A stretch of DNA of 50,222 nucleotides, taken from NCBI GenBank assembly GCA_964441765.1, contig CAYTVI010000005.1, positions 1-50,222 of the forward strand, in the 5' to 3' direction. Below the pieces are notes generated by a model, which saw only the letters and a program-made list of their open reading frames with translations, did not search any database and was not told where the DNA came from. Of this stretch, positions 11,036-21,978 are shown piece by piece. Source of the DNA: an uncultured Sulfurospirillum sp. (GTDB lineage: Bacteria; Campylobacterota; Campylobacteria; Campylobacterales; Sulfurospirillaceae). Numbering within the stretch: the first letter of the stretch is position 1; each line of letters starts with the position of its first letter. A program made the translations under genes and the position numbers.

Positions 11036-11102
11036 CACAGAAACCTTTTTTGATTTAATTATACGATAAAATTGCATAAGCAAACCGAAAAAAGGTGAAA
11101 AA

Positions 11103-12122
11103 ATGGAATACCGCTACATTGGAAAAAGTGGCTTACGTGTCACGCCGATTTGTATGGGGACGATGAGTTTTGGTAGTTGGAGCGATAAAGCAGAATCGTT
11201 TAAGATTTTAGACACGGCGTATGAGCGAGGGATTAATTTTTACGATACCGCTGAATTGTATCCAGTACCTCCTAGAAGCGATTATGCGGGTTTAACGGAG
11301 GAGATTTTAGGGCAATGGCTCCAAACCAAACCAAGGGAGAGCATCATTTTAGCCTCAAAAGTCGCAGGAGCCGCAAACGGTTGGTTTGTGCCACCCATTC
11401 GTCATGGCTTAACGGCGATTGATCGCTTTCATATCCAAAGAGCTGTTGAGGGAAGTTTGAAACGACTTAAAACGGATTATATCGACCTTTACCAAGTGCA
11501 CTGGCCCGATTCCATCATTCCTAAAGAAGAGTCGATGCGAGCCTTAGATGAGCTCGTTAAAAGTGGAAAAGTGCGTTACATCGGCACGTCCAATGATACG
11601 GCCTATAGTCTTACTAAATCCAACACCATCGCACAGTATGAAAAATTGGCTCGCTTTGAGTCAATTCAAAACAATTTTTCACTGCTCAATCCACGCTTTT
11701 TAGATGAGCTTTCCACCGTGTGTAAAACAGAAAAAATATCACTCCTGCCCTACTCTCCTATTGGCGGAGGTGTTTTGAGTGGCAAATACAACCAAGCCTT
11801 TATCGACCCAAAAAGCCGTTTTGGAGAGTATCTTCACGCAAAAGAGTCTCGCCAAAAAGCGATGTACCACCGCTTTGTCAATGACAAAACGCTTAAAGCA
11901 ACGGCTAAATACCTAGAGATTGCTAAACAATATGACATGCATCCCGTTACGCTTGCGGTGAGTTGGAGCATGCATTTTGATTTTGTTGCCTCAACGATTA
12001 TTGGAGCACGCTATGCGAACCAGCTTGAGGTGAGTTTTAAAGCATTGGAGATAAAACTAAGCGCTGAGATATTACGTGAAATAGAAACAGTACAAAAAGA
12101 GATTTTATATCCGATGGGCTAA
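11103..12122 (+). CDS. Aldo/keto reductase (Tas-like)
   Basis: [38 protein letters not shown]. Confidence 0.93.
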   Translation: MEYRYIGKSGLRVTPICMGTMSFGSWSDKAESFKILDTAYERGINFYDTAELYPVPPRSDYAGLTEEILGQWLQTKPRESIILASKVAGAANGWFVPPIRHGLTAIDRFHIQRAVEGSLKRLKTDYIDLYQVHWPDSIIPKEESMRALDELVKSGKVRYIGTSNDTAYSLTKSNTIAQYEKLARFESIQNNFSLLNPRFLDELSTVCKTEKISLLPYSPIGGGVLSGKYNQAFIDPKSRFGEYLHAKESRQKAMYHRFVNDKTLKATAKYLEIAKQYDMHPVTLAVSWSMHFDFVASTIIGARYANQLEVSFKALEIKLSAEILREIETVQKEILYPMG

Positions 12123-12124
12123 AA

Positions 12125-12154
12125 TTACATGTAAGGATTCTTCCTTACATGTAA
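12125..12154. terminator. Hairpin terminator built from two TTACATGTAA copies
   Basis: TTACATGTAAGGA-ttct-TCCTTACATGTAA, perfect 13-bp stem between convergent akr and amtB. Confidence 0.75.
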
Positions 12155-12161
12155 AAAGAGA

Positions 12162-13346
12162 TTAAACCTTAGATTTGATAAATTCAGGGTAACCTTCAAG
12201 CCCGCACTCTTCAAGGTCAAGTCCCACATACTCATGTTCTTCGTCACTTCTAAGACCAACGACCTTTTTGATAATCACAAAGGCAACATAAGAAAGAGGG
12301 AAAACAAAAAGGGCTGTAATAGCAATGCCTTTAAGCTGAGTCAAAAGTGAAAAATCTGCAAAAAGCGCTACGGCGATTGTTCCCCAAATACCATTGACTA
12401 AATGCACAGAAAGGGCACCCACAGGATCATCTATCTTAAACTTATCAAACAAAGGAACGGCAAGTACAACCAATGCCCCACCAATAGCACCAATCACGAT
12501 AGGCTGCCAAAGCCCCACTACATCAGCACCTGCTGTAATAGCGACCAATCCGCCCAATGCACCGTTTAAAATCATCGTGATATCAAGCTTTTTATACTGA
12601 AAATAGACAATAAACGCAGCGATAATCGCACCTGCTAGACCTGCTGTATTGGTATTGACAATAATCAATCCCACCAAATCAGCCGCTTCTGTACTCGTAG
12701 CAATATGAAAGGCACTCCCACCATTAAACCCAAACCAACCTATCCAAAGAAGCATCGCACCTAGGGTAACGAGCGGAATATTTGAAGCAGGAATCGGTCT
12801 TACATGTCCTTCTTTGGTGTATTTACCTCGACGCGCACCTAACACCAAAATGCCTGCCAACAGTGCCCAGCCACCCACCGAGTGAATAACGGTCGAACCA
12901 GCCAAATCATGCACCTCTTTTAAAAATCCACCACCCCAAATGGCATTGCCAACGATGGGATAAATCACCCCGCTCATCAAAATAGCAAAAATCATAAACG
13001 GAACGATACGAATGCGCTCACTCACCCCTCCACTCATGATAGAAACCGTTTTACCCACAAATGCCATTTGAAAGAAAAAATAAGCATAAGGACTATAACC
13101 CTCAACGCTTACACCTTCTAAAAAAAAGCCTGAGCCTCCAAACATCACATTGTATCCCCACAATGTAAAGATAAAAGAGGTGATGGCATAAAGCATGACA
13201 TTGCCTGTTAAAACGGCAACGACGTTTTTGGTTCGTACAAGTCCAGCTTCTAGCATTGCAAAACCTGGAACCATGAGAATAATCAAAACGGAGGCAAAAA
13301 GTAAGAAGAGTGTGTCAATGACATAGTGTAAATGAGCAGCGTCCAT
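12162..13346 (-). CDS. amtB: Ammonium transporter
   Basis: FFFQMAF, DLAGSTVIH, LWIGWFGFNGGS, NGALGGLVAIT, DDPVGALSVH. Confidence 0.96.
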   Translation of the reverse strand: MDAAHLHYVIDTLFLLFASVLIILMVPGFAMLEAGLVRTKNVVAVLTGNVMLYAITSFIFTLWGYNVMFGGSGFFLEGVSVEGYSPYAYFFFQMAFVGKTVSIMSGGVSERIRIVPFMIFAILMSGVIYPIVGNAIWGGGFLKEVHDLAGSTVIHSVGGWALLAGILVLGARRGKYTKEGHVRPIPASNIPLVTLGAMLLWIGWFGFNGGSAFHIATSTEAADLVGLIIVNTNTAGLAGAIIAAFIVYFQYKKLDITMILNGALGGLVAITAGADVVGLWQPIVIGAIGGALVVLAVPLFDKFKIDDPVGALSVHLVNGIWGTIAVALFADFSLLTQLKGIAITALFVFPLSYVAFVIIKKVVGLRSDEEHEYVGLDLEECGLEGYPEFIKSKV

Positions 13347-13404
13347 TACATGTAACCTTATTGTAAGATGATGTTGATGGATTATTCTACAAAAAAGAGG
13401 AGAG

Positions 13405-13433
13405 GTTTGGTGATTAAAAAATAATCACCAAAC
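13405..13433 (-). terminator. Hairpin after the PII gene
   Basis: GTTTGGTGATTA-aaaaa-TAATCACCAAAC, perfect 12-bp stem. Confidence 0.6.
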
Positions 13434-13440
13434 TTAAAGT

Positions 13441-13788
<348 letters not shown>

Positions 13789-13824
13789 TCATTTTATTTC
13801 AAATTTCGGCTATTGTATCTTAAA

Positions 13825-14346
13825 TTATTTTAAATATGCTTTGAGAATTAATTGTTGTTTTTGTGGCTTACTGCGCATATCCACTTCGCTATTTTCGATT
13901 TTACGCACCACATTCATGCCCTCAACAACCTCACCGAAAATCGTATGTCTCCCATTGAGGTGCGGGGTGGGAACGGTGGTGATAAAGAACTGACTTCCAT
14001 TGGTATTAGGCCCTGCATTTGCCATAGCTAAAAGCCCTGCTCTATCAAAAACGACATTGGGTTTGAACTCATCTTCAAACGATCTTCCAAAGATAGACTG
14101 ACCGCCTCGACCCGTACCACTAGGGTCTCCACCTTGAATCATAAACCCTCGAATAACACGGTGAAAAGAGACGCCGTCATAGTATCCTTTTTGAACCAAT
14201 CCTACAAAATTTTCACATGCTTTTGGCGCAATTTCAGGTTTTAATGCAAAAACAATTTTTCCCTCCGTTGTCTCAAACACAACGTGATTACTCGCTAAAA
14301 GAGCACTTGCACTAAGCAGTAGTGCTACTATCCATCGTTTTATCAT
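13825..14346 (-). CDS. Cyclophilin-type peptidyl-prolyl isomerase, exported
   Basis: [31 protein letters not shown]; signal peptide. Confidence 0.95.
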   Translation of the reverse strand: MIKRWIVALLLSASALLASNHVVFETTEGKIVFALKPEIAPKACENFVGLVQKGYYDGVSFHRVIRGFMIQGGDPSGTGRGGQSIFGRSFEDEFKPNVVFDRAGLLAMANAGPNTNGSQFFITTVPTPHLNGRHTIFGEVVEGMNVVRKIENSEVDMRSKPQKQQLILKAYLK

Positions 14347-14348
14347 GA

Positions 14349-15008
14349 TTACTCTTCTCCTATCAATTTAGTATTTCTAAAACGATACTGTTTGTTTTTG
14401 ATTTTTTCCAAGATGCCAACTTTGATGAGCTGTTGAAACATATGTACCACTGTTGGTTTACTCACACCAATGCTATCAATGATATCTTGATACGAGCCGT
14501 TAAAAACCTTGTTTTCATCCAAATGGTTGATAATATATTTTAAAATCTCAATTTTCTTACCACCGATGAGTGCCGCAAGACCTTCAACGATGAAAGAGCA
14601 TCCTTGCATCTCTTTATTGTGCATTTTAGGGAGCATAACAGTGTAAATATTACTAATTAAATCTCGTACATTGATAGGCTTCATAATAAACCCATCCACC
14701 TTTAACGAAATTGCATCCATCAAATACTCTGTTTCCGTAAAAGCAGTTGTAATAATGGCTGGAATCTTACGATTGTGTTCATTGCGAAGCTTTTTAAGCA
14801 TATCGATTCCATTCATACCTGGCATCAAAATATCTGTTACGATGATATCTATCTCTTTTTCAAGTGCTAATCGTAACCCCTCTTCTCCATTAGAAGCCAA
14901 GTGTACTTCTTTGACAAAATCTCTTAAAATCATCTGCGTTTGGTCACGAACAGATTTTTCATCTTCAACATATAAAACAACACACTCTCGTAGACTGTTA
15001 AAATCCAT
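14349..15008 (-). CDS. Response regulator: REC plus C-terminal winged-HTH (RepL-like)
   Basis: VLYVEDE, TDILMP, KP; C-terminal [20 protein letters not shown]. Confidence 0.85.
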   Translation of the reverse strand: MDFNSLRECVVLYVEDEKSVRDQTQMILRDFVKEVHLASNGEEGLRLALEKEIDIIVTDILMPGMNGIDMLKKLRNEHNRKIPAIITTAFTETEYLMDAISLKVDGFIMKPINVRDLISNIYTVMLPKMHNKEMQGCSFIVEGLAALIGGKKIEILKYIINHLDENKVFNGSYQDIIDSIGVSKPTVVHMFQQLIKVGILEKIKNKQYRFRNTKLIGEE

Positions 15009-15037
15009 CTCTTTTTCCCTCCATTCTTGTTTTTTAC

Positions 15038-16657
15038 TTATTTTTCGTTTTCACCCTGAGATGTTTGGATAGGCACTAAAATCGTTATCATGGCACAACG
15101 TTCACACATTTCGCCGTTTTGAAAAACATAACTTACGTTGGTACCACTGATGGTTCCTTGCATCTGTTTTTCAATAATTTGCTGTGACATATAAAGTCCT
15201 ATGCCTGTACCTGAGGATTTATGTTTGGTGGTAAAATAAGGTTCAAACATCCTATCTCTCACCGTATCACTAATCCCACCACCATTGTCGATCACACTAA
15301 TCATTGCATTGCCAGCTTGGTTACTAATCACCACTTCAATACACTTTGATGCAGGCTGACTCTCTTCAAGTGCATCTTTGGCATTGGAAAAAAGATTCAT
15401 AATGACTTGAGAAAATTCATTCGGATATCCTGTGATGTGAATATCTGACGCGCAATTAAGATACATCTCAATGCCTGCTTTCGCATAATACTCTTTAACC
15501 AATTGCATACTGTAAAGAACAGACTTCTTAAGGCTAAACTCTTCCGCAGTTTTATTGGGCTTGAAAAAATTACGGAAATCATCAATCGTACGAGACATTA
15601 AAGAAGCTAATGCAATACCCTCTTTTGCTTGTTGGTCAATAAACGCATCGCTTAATTCTAACCCAGCCATCCGCTTCATTTGAAAGCTTTGAATAATGAG
15701 TACCATTGCGTTTAGTGGTTGTCGCCACTGATGCGCAATGTTGCCTATCATTTCACCCATCGACGCTAGACGGGATTGTCTAAACATAATTTCATCTTTT
15801 TTACGACTCAGCTCCACTTCATGCGCAATGCGCTCTTCCAACCCACGATTTAACTCTTGTAATTCTTTAGTTTTAACATCTACCATATTGGCTAATCGTG
15901 TATGTAAAAGACGAATATTTTGAAGCAATACGATGGCTAAAAGTGCCGCAAAGGCAATCGTTCCTATGGTTACGACAACAATCCACTCAAAGGTATTGTC
16001 ATACACCACTTCCGTCTTTGCAAACCCCTCTTTTGCACTGTGAAAATTAAGATGAATTAAGCCTGTAATATCAATATTGATTGAGTAAACGCTGGGATAA
16101 AGCTCATCTTGAAGTGTTTCATACGCCTCAAAGGTTTGTGAGGTTTCAAAATAATTAAACATTTTATATAAAATACCATCAATGGTATGCATTTTTATCT
16201 CTATCTTATCGATAGAGCTACTCTCTTCTTTGGCTTGGACATCATTTTTAGCCCCTTCCTTGAAAAGTCCCCATGAACGTGCAAGCTTAATCAACCAATC
16301 ACTCTCATCAATACTCAAAGAGTTTTTATACTCTAAAAGTTCAATTTGACTTAATTCTTGTGCTAATTCGATAATCACCTTGCCATCTTGCGCACTAATA
16401 ATGCCCTTTTCAATATCTCGAATCGTATCTAAAATATTGACCGTATAAATATCTTTGAGATTTTCCAAACGAATCGTAGGAAGCATACGCTTGGTGTATA
16501 AAATATCAAAATTATTTTTAATACGATTGATACTCATATGAGCAAAACTACCAATAAAAAGCATCCCTGTCACCATAATTAAAAAGAGCAATGTTGTCTT
16601 TTTAGCAATGGTCATCTCATTGATACTTCCCATAAAATCAGCAAAGGGATTAGTCAT
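15038..16657 (-). CDS. Sensor histidine kinase with a periplasmic four-helix-bundle domain
   Basis: Two TMs; AHQWRQP, NAKDA, DNGGG, FEPYFTTK, GTGIGLY. Confidence 0.92.
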   Translation of the reverse strand: MTNPFADFMGSINEMTIAKKTTLLFLIMVTGMLFIGSFAHMSINRIKNNFDILYTKRMLPTIRLENLKDIYTVNILDTIRDIEKGIISAQDGKVIIELAQELSQIELLEYKNSLSIDESDWLIKLARSWGLFKEGAKNDVQAKEESSSIDKIEIKMHTIDGILYKMFNYFETSQTFEAYETLQDELYPSVYSINIDITGLIHLNFHSAKEGFAKTEVVYDNTFEWIVVVTIGTIAFAALLAIVLLQNIRLLHTRLANMVDVKTKELQELNRGLEERIAHEVELSRKKDEIMFRQSRLASMGEMIGNIAHQWRQPLNAMVLIIQSFQMKRMAGLELSDAFIDQQAKEGIALASLMSRTIDDFRNFFKPNKTAEEFSLKKSVLYSMQLVKEYYAKAGIEMYLNCASDIHITGYPNEFSQVIMNLFSNAKDALEESQPASKCIEVVISNQAGNAMISVIDNGGGISDTVRDRMFEPYFTTKHKSSGTGIGLYMSQQIIEKQMQGTISGTNVSYVFQNGEMCERCAMITILVPIQTSQGENEK

Positions 16658-17813
16658 CGCTCTTACCTACGGAGAAAAAATCATCATCAACATATTCACT
16701 CAAATGAACGCGATGCAAACATTTACATCGCTCATCTCTGTTTTTTGAAACCGCTTTTTCGTCCAAGCTTTTTGAAAAGCTGGCTAATTGTTTGATAAAT
16801 TCTTCTTTTGTAAATGAGGGACCAAGGGTTTTAAACACTTCAGCAATCATCCTTGCTGCGAAAAACCCTTCTAAAGAGACGTGGCTCAAAGCTTCTTTAG
16901 GATGGTATTTTTTCATAAGTTGCCTATAATGTTCTACCTCATCTACATCGGCTGTCCAAGGAGAAGGTACCACTTGCGCAAACGTAATGCCTTTACCATC
17001 CTCTGCAAGCATATCAATCAACTGACGAGGCTCAACAAATGAAAAGAGTCCAAAATGAACATTGCGGTCTATCTTTTCACTTTTTCGTGCACGCTTGATA
17101 AACTCGCCAACGGGCATGGTTGAGCCTATCATTAAAATGACCTCAGGGTAACATTGCTCTATCTCATAAAGTGCATTTCCCACGGAGAGCGTGTTGCGCT
17201 TATAGCTTCCTTCACAAGCAAGCGCTAAATTGCGACGTTCAAGCGAGCTCTTAACCCCTTTAAGACCGGCTCGCCCATACGCGTCATTTTGGTAAAAAAG
17301 AGCAATTTTTTTTAAATTTAACTCGTTAACATAGTAATTTATGAGCTTTTCAACCTCGTCCATATCACCCGCACGTGCATTTAAAACAAGGGGATTAGGG
17401 GGATTTCGTAAAAATTCCGCTCCTGTGTAAGCACCTACAAAAGGAATTCTTTTTTCTTGAGCAATCGGAAAAACAGCTTCAGCAACAGGCGTTCCGATAA
17501 CGCCAAAGAGAGCAAAAATTTTATCTTGTTCGATTAATTCTTTGACATTTTCAATCGCAATACGAGGCTCATAACGGTCATCTTTAGCAATAATGCGTAT
17601 CTTACGATCATACACACCCCCTTGCTCGTTCAAGTTAGCAAGGTAAAGATTTGCTCCCATTAAAAATTGATTACCTACACTGTTAAGTCCCCCACTAAAA
17701 GGACCGCTCATGCCTAATAAAATAGTATTGCTTTGAAATTTTTGATTGTAGATATAATAAGGCAAAGCGATGAGTGTTAAAAAGAAAAGGAGTATGGCTA
17801 TAAGAATCCGCAT
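16650..17813 (-). CDS. LivK/PBP1-type substrate-binding protein, no transporter adjacent
   Basis: LGMSGPFSG, GGV..RKI..DD.YEP, GTP, FYQND.YG; N-terminal anchor helix. Confidence 0.85.
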   Translation of the reverse strand: MRILIAILLFFLTLIALPYYIYNQKFQSNTILLGMSGPFSGGLNSVGNQFLMGANLYLANLNEQGGVYDRKIRIIAKDDRYEPRIAIENVKELIEQDKIFALFGVIGTPVAEAVFPIAQEKRIPFVGAYTGAEFLRNPPNPLVLNARAGDMDEVEKLINYYVNELNLKKIALFYQNDAYGRAGLKGVKSSLERRNLALACEGSYKRNTLSVGNALYEIEQCYPEVILMIGSTMPVGEFIKRARKSEKIDRNVHFGLFSFVEPRQLIDMLAEDGKGITFAQVVPSPWTADVDEVEHYRQLMKKYHPKEALSHVSLEGFFAARMIAEVFKTLGPSFTKEEFIKQLASFSKSLDEKAVSKNRDERCKCLHRVHLSEYVDDDFFSVGKSDD

Positions 17814-17936
17814 CTTGTAGTCTTTCGTGGTAATTTAGGGATATAATAGCACTACTTTTTTATAAAATGGCTTAATTTAGTTAAAAAATATTTACTTAAA
17901 TAGATATTTTCAAATAAATACGAAAAAGAGTTAAAA

Positions 17937-18578
17937 ATGCTTTGTAAAATATGTTTATCTCCTACAAAACTTTGGGAGAATAATCGCTTTACGCAACGTT
18001 ATATGCATTGTTCAGAGTGTCAGCTTATTGCACAAGAAGACGCGTGTAACGTAAGCGAAGAGCGTGAAAAACAACAATACGACCAGCACCATAATAGCCT
18101 TGAAAATGAAGGTTATGTGGCTATGTTTGAAACATTTTTGGATTTTTTCTGGAAAGAATTTACATGTAAAGATATTTCATGCCTAGATTTTGGCTCAGGA
18201 CCAACTCCTGTTTTAAGTACTTTATTACAACGACGCGGTGCTTGTGTTGATTGTTACGATAAATTCTACCAACCCCAAAGAGTTTTTGAAAACAAAGCGT
18301 ATGACCTTATTACTTCAACGGAAGTTTTTGAGCATTTAGACAATCCCGTAGAAACATTGAATGTGTTAGCACAACATCTAAAACCTCAAGGGTATATTGC
18401 ACTTATGACACTCTTTCACGATAATTCCGTCGAAAATTTTTGGACATGGTGGTACCGAAGAGATCCTACGCACATTACCTTTTACACACCAAAAACGATA
18501 ACAATTTTAGCAGATAGGTGTGGCTTAAACGTTATTAAAACGGATGAAAAAAGGATTATTTTATTGCAAAAACGGTAG
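17937..18578 (+). CDS. Class I SAM-dependent methyltransferase with an N-terminal CxxC...CxxC motif
   Basis: LDFGSGP, EVFEH, WWYRRDPTH. Confidence 0.85.
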   Translation: MLCKICLSPTKLWENNRFTQRYMHCSECQLIAQEDACNVSEEREKQQYDQHHNSLENEGYVAMFETFLDFFWKEFTCKDISCLDFGSGPTPVLSTLLQRRGACVDCYDKFYQPQRVFENKAYDLITSTEVFEHLDNPVETLNVLAQHLKPQGYIALMTLFHDNSVENFWTWWYRRDPTHITFYTPKTITILADRCGLNVIKTDEKRIILLQKR

Positions 18579-18598
18579 CACTTTTATGCTACCGTTTT
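18569..18598. terminator. Bidirectional terminator
   Basis: AAAACGGTAGCA-ctttta-TGCTACCGTTTT between convergent genes. Confidence 0.75.
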
Positions 18599-18605
18599 GG
18601 GTAAA

Positions 18606-18923
18606 TTATCGGTAATAGCGGTAACTATCATAGCGATCGTATCTGTGATGAGGGTGGTGATGTCGTCTTGGAGGATTATCGATAATAATCACTCTTTCTC
18701 TTACATACGGCTCTCTATAAATGACTGTCGGTCTTGGCTCATAATAGACAGGGCTTTCAACATAACGGGTTGGTTGTTGATTTGCTCCTAATAAATTTCC
18801 AAGTAATATAATAGCTCCAGCACCAAGAAGAGCACCTTGTTCTCTATCGCCCATGGCGTGAGCGCTTGTCGCGCCACTTAAAACCAAAAGGATTGAGATA
18901 AATACCATTTTTAACGTTTTCAT
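18606..18923 (-). CDS. Small exported protein with Tyr/Pro-rich and His/Arg-rich tail
   Basis: AAGGAG RBS; signal peptide ending AHA; glycine-zipper-like GALLGAGA; PVYY/HHH segments. Confidence 0.75.
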   Translation of the reverse strand: MKTLKMVFISILLVLSGATSAHAMGDREQGALLGAGAIILLGNLLGANQQPTRYVESPVYYEPRPTVIYREPYVRERVIIIDNPPRRHHHPHHRYDRYDSYRYYR

Positions 18924-18948
18924 GGGTTACTCCTTTTATTGATACCGC

Positions 18949-18981
18949 AGTATAAATAAAAATTGTGAACTCTTTGTGAAT
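18949..18981 (-). promoter_or_regulatory. DccR-type box plus -10 for the small exported protein
   Basis: Minus strand ATTCAC-aaagag-TTCACA; TATACT begins 10 nt after the second TTCAC. Confidence 0.6.
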
Positions 18982-18983
18982 TT

Positions 18984-20168
18984 TTAGTACCTTTGAATCC
19001 ACTTCCAATAAAATCCAAAAAAAAGAAACCCAATCCCAAGAAAACAGGTTATCATCCATAACGCAAAACCCATTTCAAACAAGGCACCTATCAAAAATGA
19101 ACACGCTGTGCTCATCCCCATAAACACCATATCATTATAAGCAATCACCCGTCCATAAAAAGCAGGTTCTGTTTCGTATTGAAGGAGCGTATAGGTATAT
19201 GACCACAGTGTTGTTGTAAACAAACCGCACAACATGATACCAATGAAACTCACATAAAAATCATACTGCAATAATCCCCACAGAATAATAGACAATCCTT
19301 GTGCGATAAAAATCCAAAAAAGTGTTTGAGGGTTTGTCCAACGGCTTAAAAAAAATTGCCCTAGTACAAGCGAAACAGCCCGTGAAGCATTGATAAATCC
19401 CATAACTAACGCAACAGAGAGAATTTCTTTGTAGTGATAATCCGCCAAAAGAGCAATTAAGGCATCGTAAGCGCTCAATCCCACACTCGCATGCAAAAGA
19501 ATTAAATGGACAATCTTCGGATGAGATTTGAGGTAATAGTATCCACTGCGTATCATCTCTAAAACAGCAGGAGCATTTTTGGTGGCAAGGGTGGGCACAT
19601 CAAGACCTAAGAGCAGATAAAAACCTATCGTATAAATGACCATGTCGGCAATAAAAGCACTTGTGGTTCCAAGGTGATGAATGTAAAATCCTGCAATTGC
19701 CATACCAAGCGCATAAGAGAGTGACCAGATAATAGAGTGAATTTCATTGGCGATTTTCAAATCATGGTCATCCAAAAGTTTAGGCAACAAAGACATCTCT
19801 GTTTGAAAATAGATACTTCCTGTTCCCATACGAATGAAAATCAAACCCAAAAGAGCCCATACAAAGTCAAGTGAATCGATAAAAATGAGAAAAAAGACCG
19901 TCACAATTTCAATCAATGTTAAAAAAAGCATAAATTTTTTCGTATCGACTTTATCAATAATCGCACCACTAAAAGGGGCTAGAAGCATCGAGGGTAAAAA
20001 CGTAAATGCCGCCGCAGAGCTTAACACCCAAACAGGTGCGTTTAATTCAATCAAAAGGGTGTAAATCGCCATATGGCTAAACCACGCTCCAAAATAGCAA
20101 ATCAGCTGAATGACGCTTAGTCTTCGAAGCGTTGGGTGGCTTTTTAACAATGTTACATATGCAGACAT
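18984..20168 (-). CDS. MFS transporter
   Basis: About 12 TMs; G.IIDK..KK motif A; GRV.A. Confidence 0.9.
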   Translation of the reverse strand: MSAYVTLLKSHPTLRRLSVIQLICYFGAWFSHMAIYTLLIELNAPVWVLSSAAAFTFLPSMLLAPFSGAIIDKVDTKKFMLFLTLIEIVTVFFLIFIDSLDFVWALLGLIFIRMGTGSIYFQTEMSLLPKLLDDHDLKIANEIHSIIWSLSYALGMAIAGFYIHHLGTTSAFIADMVIYTIGFYLLLGLDVPTLATKNAPAVLEMIRSGYYYLKSHPKIVHLILLHASVGLSAYDALIALLADYHYKEILSVALVMGFINASRAVSLVLGQFFLSRWTNPQTLFWIFIAQGLSIILWGLLQYDFYVSFIGIMLCGLFTTTLWSYTYTLLQYETEPAFYGRVIAYNDMVFMGMSTACSFLIGALFEMGFALWMITCFLGIGFLFFGFYWKWIQRY

Positions 20169-20274
20169 TCTCTCTCCGTTTCTTCGTAAAACGAAATTCT
20201 ACCTTTTTTAACTAAATACAAAATGGCATGAATATGTTACAATGAGGAAGTTATACGAGTAATAAGGAGACACA

Positions 20275-21966
20275 ATGAAAATATCAACGCGTATTCTCAT
20301 CACATTAGTTCTTTCATTGGCGATTTTGGGAAGCACCATTATTGGTATTTCATACGTTAATACGCTGAAAAATGAGAAAATGTTTTTAGAAGAGTATCAA
20401 AAAAGCTCTTACGCTTTTTATGAAAATGAACTCAAAACCATCATGAGTATCGCGCATCAAACCTCGATGGCGATTTATAAAACACAAAAGGAAAAAGGCA
20501 TTCCTGATGAGAAAATCAAAGAGGCTATTTTAGATAAGTTTGATGAATTGCGTTTTTTTGATGATAAAAGTGGCTATATCTTTGTTTATGAGATGGATGG
20601 AACCAATGTGCTCCTTCCAACCAACAAAGCCCTTAAGGGTAAAAACATGATTGATGTGAAAGACTCCAAAGGGAAATTTTTTCTCAAAGAGCTTCTTGAA
20701 GCCGCTAAGAAAGGGGGAGGGATTGTTGGTTATGAATTTCCGAAAGTCAAAGATGGTCAGCCTTTCTTAAAATTCTCCTATTCAATACCCTTTGCACCCT
20801 ATAATTGGATGATGGGCACAGGCATTTATGTTGACAATGTCGAAACGGAGGTTGCAAAACTTCGTGCTCAAATTCATAATAACACGGTGGCGCAGATGAC
20901 CACATTTGTCATTATGTCCTTTGTCTTAATTCTTTTAGGTATTGCGATTACCCTTGTGATGGTACGCAAAACCATTACCACGCCACTGAATAAACTCATT
21001 GCAAGAGCAGACAATCTCTCCAGCGGTGATGGAGATTTGACCCGTACCTTAGAAGTTGAAGGGCATGATGAAATAGCCCAAGCTAGCCAAAGCATTAACC
21101 GTTTTATTGAGAAAGTGCGCATTCTTATTAGTGAGGCTAAAAATCTTGCCAATGAGAACTCTTCTATCTCCAATGAACTCTCATCGACCTCTTTACATGT
21201 AGGACGCTCCGTTGAAACTTCGATGGAAATCGTAGGCGAGACAACATCAAAAGCCAATACCCTCAAGAGTGAGATGTCAGAAGGTATGAATGAGGCAAAA
21301 CATGGCAAAGAAGAACTTTTAAAAGCCAATAGCTATCTCAAAGAAGCGAACAATGCCATTTTAGCACTCACAAGTGATATTCAGCAAAGTGCTGCAACAG
21401 AAATTGAGCTTGCACATAAAATCCAACAACTCAGCTCAGACGCGGCTCAAGTCAAAGATATTTTGGTTGTTATTGGTGATATTGCCGACCAAACAAACCT
21501 TTTAGCCCTCAATGCAGCGATTGAAGCGGCACGTGCGGGAGAGCATGGACGAGGATTTGCGGTTGTGGCTGATGAAGTACGCAAACTAGCAGAGCGTACA
21601 CAAAAGAGTTTACAAGAGATTAACGCAACGATTAATGTTATCGTTCAAGCCATTGTCGATAGCTCTGAGCAGATGACTGCCAATTCTAAAAAAGTTGAAT
21701 CTTTAGCTACGACAGCAAGTGGTGTCGAATCAAAAATCAACAATATGTTCAACGTTATGGGAAATGCAACAAAAGTTTCAGACAATACGGCTGAGAATTA
21801 CCTCAAAACAGGTAAAGATATCGAATATATGATTGATGGCGTTAGTAAAATCAATGAGATTTCCAGCCAAAATGCACGAAGCGTTGAAGAGATAGCCAGT
21901 GCGGCTGAACACCTCAGTCGTATGACAGAAACCCTTAACCTCAAACTTTCTGAATTTAGAACCTGA
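20275..21966 (+). CDS. Methyl-accepting chemotaxis protein with Cache sensor domain
   Basis: GYIFVY, KDSKG, W..GTGIYVD; HAMP; [31 protein letters not shown]. Confidence 0.96.
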   Translation: MKISTRILITLVLSLAILGSTIIGISYVNTLKNEKMFLEEYQKSSYAFYENELKTIMSIAHQTSMAIYKTQKEKGIPDEKIKEAILDKFDELRFFDDKSGYIFVYEMDGTNVLLPTNKALKGKNMIDVKDSKGKFFLKELLEAAKKGGGIVGYEFPKVKDGQPFLKFSYSIPFAPYNWMMGTGIYVDNVETEVAKLRAQIHNNTVAQMTTFVIMSFVLILLGIAITLVMVRKTITTPLNKLIARADNLSSGDGDLTRTLEVEGHDEIAQASQSINRFIEKVRILISEAKNLANENSSISNELSSTSLHVGRSVETSMEIVGETTSKANTLKSEMSEGMNEAKHGKEELLKANSYLKEANNAILALTSDIQQSAATEIELAHKIQQLSSDAAQVKDILVVIGDIADQTNLLALNAAIEAARAGEHGRGFAVVADEVRKLAERTQKSLQEINATINVIVQAIVDSSEQMTANSKKVESLATTASGVESKINNMFNVMGNATKVSDNTAENYLKTGKDIEYMIDGVSKINEISSQNARSVEEIASAAEHLSRMTETLNLKLSEFRT

Positions 21967-21978
21967 TAAGTCAGTATA

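Noticed and set aside
12790-12799. TTACATGTCC partial motif in amtB
   Set aside because: Only 8/10 and breaks the TACATGTA core; not counted.
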